Positions 56,457-64,000 of a stretch of 64,000 nucleotides of DNA are shown in pieces. Made by a program: the position numbers and the translations under genes. A model generated the notes under the pieces. The model was not told where the DNA came from. It ran no database searches and saw only the letters and a program-made list of their open reading frames with translations. Origin of the DNA: an uncultured Bryobacterales bacterium (lineage in GTDB: Bacteria; Acidobacteriota; Terriglobia; Bryobacterales; UBA6623); NCBI GenBank assembly GCA_958295955.1, contig OY282420.1:829899-893898 (forward strand), given 5' to 3'. The stretch's first letter is position 1. Every line of letters begins with the position of its first letter.

Positions 56457-59057
56457 ATGGCAGCCCCTTGCCCACGGCTTTTTCTGATCGACACGTTCGG
56501 CCTGATTTTCCGCGCTTTCTACGGCCGCGCGCGCTCTGCATTGCCTTCGATGCAAACCGCCGCGGGCCTGCCGACCGAAGCGGTGTACGTCTTCGCCAAC
56601 ATGATCAACAGGCTCATCGGCGAGCACAGGCCGGAGTACATCGCGGCCGTGTGGGAGGGCCGCGGCCCTACCTTTCGCGACGAGATATTCCCTGAGTACA
56701 AGGCCAACCGCCAAGAGACGCCCGAAGATCTCTTGAAGCAGTTGCCCTACATCGAACGGCTGCTCGATGCGCTCAACGTGCCGACGCCGGCCGAAGACGG
56801 CTACGAAGCCGACGACACCATCGGCTCGCTCGCCAAGCAGGCGTCCGCGCGCGGCATCGAGGCGCTCATCGTCAGCTCGGACAAGGATCTGATGCAACTC
56901 GTCGGGCCGAACGTACGCGTGATGAACCCGATGAAAAACGATGCCGTTTACGACGAGGCCGGCGTCGAGGAGTTCATGGGCGTCAAGCCGCCGCAGGTCG
57001 CCGACCTGCTGGCGCTGAAGGGCGACTCGGTCGATAACATTCCCGGCGCTCCGGGCATCGGCGACAAGGGCGCCCGCCAACTGATTGCCGACTACGGCAG
57101 CGTGGAAAACGCCATCGCTCATGCCGCAGAAGTCAAACGCAAGACCTACCGCGAAAGTCTGCAGAACAACGCCTCGCAAATCGAGCTCAGCAAGAAACTC
57201 GCAACCATCGCGACCGACGGCAAGCTGCGGCTCGACCTCGACGCGCTGGCGCTGCGCGAGCCCGACCGCGCGAAGCTCGGCGATTTCTACCGCGAGGTCG
57301 AATTTCGGAGTTTGCTCAGCAAGCTCGAAGGCTCGCCGGCGGCGGATCCCGCGGCCGAAACGATCGAGCGCCACCCGGAATCGGCCGCGGATCTCGAGAG
57401 TTGGCTGGAAGAGGCCGGCGGCCCCGTCGCGGTATATGCGGACACGCGGTCAGCCGGCGGCCCGTACGACGGCGGCATCGCCTTCGCGTCGAAGCGCGGG
57501 GAAGCATGTTTGTTGCCGGCGGAAGCGATTTCCACCGCCAAAACGTTCCTCGAGGACGAACGCCCGAAGATCGTCCACGACTGGAAATCGACGATTCACG
57601 CGCTCGACAGGCACGGCATCGGCCTCGCCGGCGTAACGGACGACACGATGACGGCGGCGTTTCTCGTCGATTCGAGCCGCACCGACTATTCCTTGGCCAA
57701 GACCGTCGGCCGCCGCCTGGGGGTCCCTTTCGACGAGAGTCCGCCGCGAGCGGTCGGATTCGTCCGTGAACTCAGCGAGTTGTTGCAGCCCGAGCTCGAC
57801 CGTCTGCATCTGCGCGAGATCTACGGCACGATGGAACTGCCGCTCGCGCCGGTTCTCGCGCGCATGGAGTCCGCCGGCGTCCTGCTCGACAAGGCCGCGC
57901 TGGGGGAACTGTCGCGCGATCTGGGCGGCAAAGTCGCCGAGCTCGAAAGAGAGATTCACGAGTTGGCCGGCAGGCCCTTCAACATCGGCTCTCCCAAGCA
58001 ACTGGCGGAGGTTCTTTTCTCCGATCTGGGGCTGCCCATACCCGGCAAGCGCGGCAAGAGCGGGACGCCGTCCACCGCATTGGAAGTGCTCGAAAGCCTG
58101 GCGGACAAGCACCCCATTGCCGTCAAGATGCTCGATTACCGGCAGTTCACCAAGCTGAAAAGCACCTACGTCGATGCGCTGCCCGAAGCGGTCAACGCGG
58201 CGACCGGCCGGCTGCACACGACCTTCAACCCGACGGGCTCGGCGACCGGCCGGTTGTCCTCGTCGAACCCGAACCTGCAAAATATCCCCGTGCGCACGGA
58301 GTACGGCCGGCGCATCCGCGCCGCGTTCGTCGCCGGCCCCGGCCGGCAGTTGGTCGCCGCCGATTATTCGCAGATCGAGTTACGCGTGCTGGCGCATCTG
58401 TGCGCCGACAAAACCCTTACCGATGCGTTCCGGCGCGGCGAAGACATCCACACCCGCACCGCCGCCGAGGTGTTCGGCATCGCGCCGCTGCTGGTCGGGC
58501 CCGACGAGCGCCGCAAGGCCAAGGCGGTGAACTTCGGCATCATCTACGGCCTTAGTCCGTTCGGGCTGGCCAAGCAACTGGGCATCCCCCAGCGCGAGGC
58601 CCGCGAATACATCGACCGCTACTTCGAGCGCTATGCCGCGGTCAAGAAATTCGTCGACAAGACCATCGAAGCCGCGCGCAAGACCGGGTTCAGTAAAACG
58701 ATGTTCGGACGCCTCCGGCCGATAGGCGATCTCGACAGCCGCAATCCGAGCGCCCGCGGCGCTGCCGAGAGAATCGCGGTCAACTCGCCCATTCAGGGCG
58801 CCGCCGCCGATTTGATCAAGTTGGCCATGCTGCGCGTGGACGAGCGCTTGCGCCGCGAACGCCTGCAAGCCCGCATGTTGCTGCAAGTACACGACGAACT
58901 GCTGTTCGAAGCCCCGGAGAACGAAGTCGAGACGATCGGCAACCTGGCCAAGGAGGAAATGGAAGGCGTGGCCGAGCTCAACGCGCCGTTGATCGCGGAT
59001 ATCAAGGCCGGGCCGAACTGGCGCGATATGGCGCGTGTGGGTTCGCGCCGTTCGTGA
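56457..59057 (+). CDS. polA: DNA polymerase I
   Basis: 5'-3' exonuclease (YKANR, EADD, DKD, GDSVDNIPG); TGRLSSSNPNLQNIP, DYSQIELR, KAVNFGIIYG, QVHDEL. Confidence 0.98.
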   Translation: MAAPCPRLFLIDTFGLIFRAFYGRARSALPSMQTAAGLPTEAVYVFANMINRLIGEHRPEYIAAVWEGRGPTFRDEIFPEYKANRQETPEDLLKQLPYIERLLDALNVPTPAEDGYEADDTIGSLAKQASARGIEALIVSSDKDLMQLVGPNVRVMNPMKNDAVYDEAGVEEFMGVKPPQVADLLALKGDSVDNIPGAPGIGDKGARQLIADYGSVENAIAHAAEVKRKTYRESLQNNASQIELSKKLATIATDGKLRLDLDALALREPDRAKLGDFYREVEFRSLLSKLEGSPAADPAAETIERHPESAADLESWLEEAGGPVAVYADTRSAGGPYDGGIAFASKRGEACLLPAEAISTAKTFLEDERPKIVHDWKSTIHALDRHGIGLAGVTDDTMTAAFLVDSSRTDYSLAKTVGRRLGVPFDESPPRAVGFVRELSELLQPELDRLHLREIYGTMELPLAPVLARMESAGVLLDKAALGELSRDLGGKVAELEREIHELAGRPFNIGSPKQLAEVLFSDLGLPIPGKRGKSGTPSTALEVLESLADKHPIAVKMLDYRQFTKLKSTYVDALPEAVNAATGRLHTTFNPTGSATGRLSSSNPNLQNIPVRTEYGRRIRAAFVAGPGRQLVAADYSQIELRVLAHLCADKTLTDAFRRGEDIHTRTAAEVFGIAPLLVGPDERRKAKAVNFGIIYGLSPFGLAKQLGIPQREAREYIDRYFERYAAVKKFVDKTIEAARKTGFSKTMFGRLRPIGDLDSRNPSARGAAERIAVNSPIQGAAADLIKLAMLRVDERLRRERLQARMLLQVHDELLFEAPENEVETIGNLAKEEMEGVAELNAPLIADIKAGPNWRDMARVGSRRS

Positions 59058-60021
59058 GCGCCTCGGCGCTGCTGCGCTGCATGAACTCCCAGGAGCTTTT
59101 CACGGCCTCTTCAAGCGTCCGCTCGGCCCGCCAGCCAAGCCGCCGGTTGGCGAGAGTCGGGTCGGATACGCGAACCGCCGCATCCCCGTCTCTGCGCGGG
59201 CCTATCACGGTCGGAATCCGGCAGCCCGTCACGCGCTCGGCCGCGGCGATCACTTCCTTGACCGAATAACCGCGGCCGACGCCGAGATTGTACTGCCCGG
59301 CCAATTCCGCGGGAGCGTCCAAAGAAACGATGTGGGCATTCACCAAGTCTTTGACATGGATATAGTCTCGAACGGCAGCGCCGTCGGCCGTCGGATAGTC
59401 GTCGCCGTGAATGACCACGGATTCGCGTTTGCCCACCACGGCTTCGAGCACCGAAGGGATCAGGTGGGTCTTCGGCTCGCGGCGCTCGCCGCGGCCGCCG
59501 TCGGCTCCGCAGACGTTGAAATAACGAAAGACAAAGGCTTCCATGCGATGGACCTTGCGGTACCACTCCAACGCCTGCTCGAACATCAGCTTGGATTCGC
59601 CGTAGGGATTGGCCGGCTTGAGACGGCTGGTTTCCGTGAGCGGTTCGTATGCCGCGTCGTCGTAAATCGCGGCGGTGGACGAAAAGACGAAGCGCCGTAC
59701 GCCGGCGGACTGCGCCGCATGCAGGAGGTTGAGGCCGCCGACAACGTTATTGTCGAAATAGATTGCCGGGTTGCGCATCGATTCCGCGACAAGGATGTAG
59801 CTTGCAAAGTGCAGCACCGCTTCGATAGGCAACTCGGCGAACGTGCGTTTGAGCGCCGCGGAGTCGATGAGGTCCGCCTCGCGAAAAAGCGCGCCCTCCG
59901 GGACCGCGTCGCGGTACCCGCGGGACAAGTTGTCGTAAACGCATACTTCCCTGCCCTGACGGACAAGCGCGGCAGCCGTGACCGAACCGATATACCCGGC
60001 GCCCCCCGTTACCAGAATCAT
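59002..60021 (-). CDS. galE: UDP-glucose 4-epimerase
   Basis: TGGAGYIGS, FSSTAA, YGESK, RYFN, RDYIHV. Confidence 0.93.
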   Translation of the reverse strand: MILVTGGAGYIGSVTAAALVRQGREVCVYDNLSRGYRDAVPEGALFREADLIDSAALKRTFAELPIEAVLHFASYILVAESMRNPAIYFDNNVVGGLNLLHAAQSAGVRRFVFSSTAAIYDDAAYEPLTETSRLKPANPYGESKLMFEQALEWYRKVHRMEAFVFRYFNVCGADGGRGERREPKTHLIPSVLEAVVGKRESVVIHGDDYPTADGAAVRDYIHVKDLVNAHIVSLDAPAELAGQYNLGVGRGYSVKEVIAAAERVTGCRIPTVIGPRRDGDAAVRVSDPTLANRRLGWRAERTLEEAVKSSWEFMQRSSAEALTNGANPHAPYRASSARP

Positions 60022-60114
60022 CCCCTCATCCCCTGGAGCTTCACTGATTAGGTTACCTTACCCACTTTACTATAGCGCGGCGAGGCCGCTGCGCAGGACG
60101 GCGGAGAGCGCAGG

Positions 60115-61560
60115 TCAGATATGCCACTCGATCGTGTCCCCATTGAAGCGGGTCTCGACCTTTCGCGCTCCCTCCCTGGGCGGCGCCTTATCCTCGGCCC
60201 AGTCGTCGAACGCCTGCTTCATTTCCCGCACCCGTTGCGGATGCTCGGCCGCAAGGTCTTTCGCTTCGCCGGGGTCTTTCTCGACATCGTAGAGCCGCGT
60301 CAGGTTCGTCTCCGACAGCAACAGCTTCCACGGGCCTTGGCGCGCCGCGCGGTTGGGACCCGAGCGCCAAAAGAGGCATTCATGGGGAAGCCCCTGTTTT
60401 TCGCCTGCGACGTAGGGTAAAAGGTTTACGCCGTCCAGCCGATACCCGCTGAGATCTTCCGCGCCCGCCGCCGCCAGCACGGTAGGAAAGATGTCCAGAG
60501 AGCTAACGGGCGGCCGGTACTTCCCGCCGCCTTCGAGCCGCTCTTTCCATTGCATGACGTAGGGCACGCGGATGCCGCCTTCGTACAGATTGCGCTTGTG
60601 GCCGATGAACGGCTTGTTGCGCTTGCCGTCCACGTCGCTGGATTTCGCCGCGCCGTTGTCGCTGATGAAAATGACCAGCGTGTTTTGCTCGAGGCCGTGC
60701 TCCCGCAGCTTGGCGAGGACGGCGCCGACCCAATCGTCAAGCGCGCCGATCATCGCCGAGTAGATGCGCAACGTTTCGTTTTCGACGTGCGGGAATCGCT
60801 GGTAGTACTTGTCGATCGTTTGAATCGGGCCGTGCGGGGCATGGAACGCCAGATAGAGAAAGAACGGCTCGTCTTTGTGGCGCTCGATGAAGTCCACGCC
60901 CGCGCCGCCCAACGTGTCAGTCAAGTACCGATCCATCGGGATGCGCTCGCGTCCGCGGAAAAGCGCGCGGGGCCGGTCGGAAGCGTCGGGTTCTCCCGTA
61001 TCCTCGTAACCCGGAGCGATGCGCGCGTGGGGCCAGGCAGGATCGACAAAGCGCGAGCCGGAGGGCATTCCCAGGAAAGAATCGAAGCCGCGGTCGAGCG
61101 GATGATGCCCGCGGTCCATGCCCAACTGCCATTTCCCGACGGCCCCCGTTGCATAACCCAACGGCTTCAACGCGCTTGCAATCGTCGTTTCGCTGACCGG
61201 CAGCATCTTGCGGGGCGCTCCGATCGGGCCTACGGTCTGGGAATTGAGCTCTTTCCCCCAACGCTGTTGATAGCGCCCGGTCATCAGCCCCGGACGCGAC
61301 GGGTTGCAGACCGGCGCGGTCACGTAGCCGGAAGTAAACCCGATTCCGTTCGCGGCGATCGAGTCGATATGCGGCGTCGGGATGTCGCCGCCGTACCACG
61401 AGACGCTGCCGTAACCGAGATCGTCGGCAAAGAGGATCACGATATTGGGCTTGCCGGTCTCGGCTGCGCAGGCCGCAAGGCCCATTGAGAGACAAGCAGC
61501 GGCCCAGAGGAGCCGCCTCCGGGCTTGCGGCGCAAACTTGTTCCCCGTCGCTGCGAACAT
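60115..61560 (-). CDS. Sulfatase
   Basis: ADDLGYG, CNPSRPGLMTGRY, GKWQLG, SDNG, LYEGGIRVP. Confidence 0.92.
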   Translation of the reverse strand: MFAATGNKFAPQARRRLLWAAACLSMGLAACAAETGKPNIVILFADDLGYGSVSWYGGDIPTPHIDSIAANGIGFTSGYVTAPVCNPSRPGLMTGRYQQRWGKELNSQTVGPIGAPRKMLPVSETTIASALKPLGYATGAVGKWQLGMDRGHHPLDRGFDSFLGMPSGSRFVDPAWPHARIAPGYEDTGEPDASDRPRALFRGRERIPMDRYLTDTLGGAGVDFIERHKDEPFFLYLAFHAPHGPIQTIDKYYQRFPHVENETLRIYSAMIGALDDWVGAVLAKLREHGLEQNTLVIFISDNGAAKSSDVDGKRNKPFIGHKRNLYEGGIRVPYVMQWKERLEGGGKYRPPVSSLDIFPTVLAAAGAEDLSGYRLDGVNLLPYVAGEKQGLPHECLFWRSGPNRAARQGPWKLLLSETNLTRLYDVEKDPGEAKDLAAEHPQRVREMKQAFDDWAEDKAPPREGARKVETRFNGDTIEWHI

Positions 61561-61585
61561 CGCTGACCTCCCGCGCGGCTTCAGT

Positions 61586-61616
61586 ATATCCCGGCCATCG
61601 CGTCAAGCCGGGATAT
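61586..61616. repeat. 10-bp inverted repeat (operator or hairpin) upstream of the sulfatase
   Basis: ATATCCCGGC-N11-GCCGGGATAT. Confidence 0.6.
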
Positions 61617-61719
61617 CGCGGATGACATGCCCGTGAACGTCGGGCAGTCCCTCGCGGCTATCGACGCGCAGACCGGCGATCGGCGCCTGCGCCTCCCGCG
61701 GGACTTTCATCCCAAACCG

Positions 61720-64000
61720 TCATCGCGGTTGCTCGCCGCCGACCCAGGTCGGCGACGACCACGCCCGCGCGCCGTCAAGCTGCTCCACCCTGACGTAATA
61801 ATAATCCCCGTGCGTCGCCTTGCCGGTGTCCACGAACTCGAAATCGTAGTCCAGGGGCTGTTCTTCGCCGATGAGCTGCAGGACGATCTTGTCGGGGTCG
61901 CTGCCGAACGGCGTCGGCTTGACGACATGCCCCGCGGCAAGCTCGCCCAGCTTCACGGTTAGCGTTTGGCCGGGAATCGTCATCAGCGGGCGTATCGGGA
62001 TCGGCGCTTTGCAGCATTCCTCGGCTTCGTCCAGACGGATCGCGATTTCGGTCGCGGGGCTCGCGCCGGCGAGCTCCAGCATCAGCGTGTCCGCGCGGCC
62101 GCGGGTCCGAGTCAGAAACTTCACGACGTTGCCCGCGGCGGAGGCGAATTCCCGGTGCAGGTTGTCGAAGTTGAGCGCGCGCAGACTCGTCAGCTTGGCG
62201 TTCGCGACGCGCAATTCGCCCTTCCAGAGGCGGTAGGGCCGCGGATTGTCGCGGAAGAAAGGCTCGGACGACGACTCGAAGCCAATGACCACGCGGCTCT
62301 TGCTTTGCAGGGTCGTCTGCGACGGACGCTTGACGTAAACCACCTCGCCGTTCTTCACGACCGCGGCCTCCGTGATGGGCGCCGTGCCCATTACCCGCGC
62401 CCGAATGCGGCGTTGCGTCGTGAACGGAATGCGCTTGCCCATGCCCGCGCCGTTCATTTCCATGTCGATCAGGATGCGCTGCGCCGACGTCACGGCGTAA
62501 GACCGCCGCTCCTTGAGCGCGTCGAAGATCGCGTCGGTCGTCTTCTCCGGCGCCATTACCGCCGCCAACCCCCCGAATTGCTGCAACGGCGTCGAGGCGC
62601 TGGAGGCGGAGACCGAACTGTAGCCGGGTTTCGACCGATGATCGTCCGAAGCGGCGATAAAGCCGATCTGCCGGCCGTTCCTGAGGTAGTAGTTCCCAAA
62701 CCACTCGAACGTGCCGTGCATCGACATGATCTCGACCAGGTTTTCGATATCGGGATCGTTGCGGCGCCAATCCCCCGCCTGGTGCGCATGCGGGATGGCG
62801 ATCACGTCGCGGGAGGCGTAACGGGCGCGCAAGCCCTGATAAAGAGACGACAAATCGGGGGCGATTTGCTTGCCCACGCGGGCGCTCTTCGAAGAACGGA
62901 AAAATACGTTGTGATGGCCGCCTTGCGCGCGGGGCACGGACCATTCGTAGCCGAGAAAGGCGATAAACCGACCCGGCTGCGTGTAGCGCTCGACCGCGCG
63001 CTGCATCGCCCTCCACTCGGCGTCGTCGAGCCACGAGTCGTGCTCGGAAATACCCATGAAGTCCAGGCGGGCGTCGTCGCGGCCGTAGCGGTACGACCCG
63101 TCGAGCGAGCCCTGGCCCTCAGCCATCGCCGTGTGCGTGTGCGTTTCCCCCCAGAACACGCGGTAGGGAGGATTCTTGCGCACCCAGACCGGATTGCTGC
63201 GGCCGCCGATCTTGCCGTCGGCGGATCGCACTTCGTAGCGAAACACCCCTTCGCGGTCGAGCGCGAGACCCTCGAGAACGTTGAGCGCCGGTTCGCCGGC
63301 CGCCAAAGTCCTCACCTGTTTTCCGTTGACCGTAACCGCCGCCACAGGCGCGCCTCCGGTAGCGCGGTTGTATATCTTGTCTTCCCAACGGATCGAGACA
63401 TCGAATTTCTCTCCGGGCTCGACCACGGAAGGGGCGACGACGCTGACGCCGCTCGCCGCGCCTCCCGCGACCCGAAAGCCGGGCCAGGCGGGCGTCAAAA
63501 AATTTCCGCTGCCGTCAAGGTCGATATACAGCGGCAGCAATACCTGATCGCTCTCGAACGACTGCTGCCGCCAGCCTTTCGATCCGCCGGAGCGGTCTCC
63601 GTAAACGACGGTCACCGTGTCGCCCGGGTCGAGCCGGCCTTCCGCAACCTTGAAAGACGGCAAGTCAGCGGGACTGCGGAAACCTCCGTGCATGCCGGAC
63701 CAGGAAGTCACCGTCTCGATCAGGCGGACATGCGGATTCGACGTCTTGGCCGAGACGTAATGATCCGCGCCGGGGTCGCTGCCCTGCAGCCTCCCGGCGT
63801 CGCTCTGGAGTTGACGCGCAACCATAATCGTCCCGCCCTGCTTGACCGGCCGCGCACCGACGGCGTAGGTCTGCTCGATGGTCCGCCACGATCCCGCCGC
63901 GACCGGCTCGTCGATCTTGAGCGTTACTTTGCCCAAGGCGCGCGGTTCTTCGTCCTTGAGCGCAAACTCGTAGCCGAAGCGGTCGATGTCCCGCAGGACG
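61720..64000 (-). CDS. DUF3604/PHP-type metallohydrolase, 5' end outside the window
   Basis: WGETHTHT, SEHD, GYEWS, GHHNV, PHAH, EIMSMHG, ASDDH, YYYVRVEQ.DG..AWSSP.W; frame open to 63999. Confidence 0.85.
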   Translation of the reverse strand, partial: VLRDIDRFGYEFALKDEEPRALGKVTLKIDEPVAAGSWRTIEQTYAVGARPVKQGGTIMVARQLQSDAGRLQGSDPGADHYVSAKTSNPHVRLIETVTSWSGMHGGFRSPADLPSFKVAEGRLDPGDTVTVVYGDRSGGSKGWRQQSFESDQVLLPLYIDLDGSGNFLTPAWPGFRVAGGAASGVSVVAPSVVEPGEKFDVSIRWEDKIYNRATGGAPVAAVTVNGKQVRTLAAGEPALNVLEGLALDREGVFRYEVRSADGKIGGRSNPVWVRKNPPYRVFWGETHTHTAMAEGQGSLDGSYRYGRDDARLDFMGISEHDSWLDDAEWRAMQRAVERYTQPGRFIAFLGYEWSVPRAQGGHHNVFFRSSKSARVGKQIAPDLSSLYQGLRARYASRDVIAIPHAHQAGDWRRNDPDIENLVEIMSMHGTFEWFGNYYLRNGRQIGFIAASDDHRSKPGYSSVSASSASTPLQQFGGLAAVMAPEKTTDAIFDALKERRSYAVTSAQRILIDMEMNGAGMGKRIPFTTQRRIRARVMGTAPITEAAVVKNGEVVYVKRPSQTTLQSKSRVVIGFESSSEPFFRDNPRPYRLWKGELRVANAKLTSLRALNFDNLHREFASAAGNVVKFLTRTRGRADTLMLELAGASPATEIAIRLDEAEECCKAPIPIRPLMTIPGQTLTVKLGELAAGHVVKPTPFGSDPDKIVLQLIGEEQPLDYDFEFVDTGKATHGDYYYVRVEQLDGARAWSSPTWVGGEQPR

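Overview
GC-rich bacterial chromosomal window, probably Acidobacteria (Bryobacterales-like). This assignment is an inference from an Acidobacteria-type VWA protein, a Solibacter-type C-terminal domain protein and many Cys-type sulfatases. Housekeeping genes include thiE, dnaK-dnaJ-hspR, pta, asd, dxr-rseP-skp, recX, polA and galE. They are interspersed with seven formylglycine-type sulfatases, a DUF1501-like protein, two PHP/DUF3604-like secreted metallohydrolases and several eroded defence genes. Main signals: (1) a lipoprotein rhodanese whose catalytic Cys codon is an in-frame TGA followed by a hairpin, i.e. a probable exported selenoprotein that the ORF track truncates; (2) a RecQ-PRTase + DprA (RqlH/RqlI-like) pair whose helicase is interrupted by a 34-bp foreign sequence between perfect 38-bp direct repeats, the geometry of an ectopic CRISPR spacer integration; (3) a HAIR-like HspR operator overlapping the dnaK -35 box; (4) a Wzt-like pseudo-ATPase; (5) a HigB toxin lacking its catalytic residues; (6) short relics of nuclease/restriction and fucosidase genes. 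No rRNA, tRNA, transposase, cas gene or canonical CRISPR array was recognised. Family assignments are from motif recognition by eye, not database searches.
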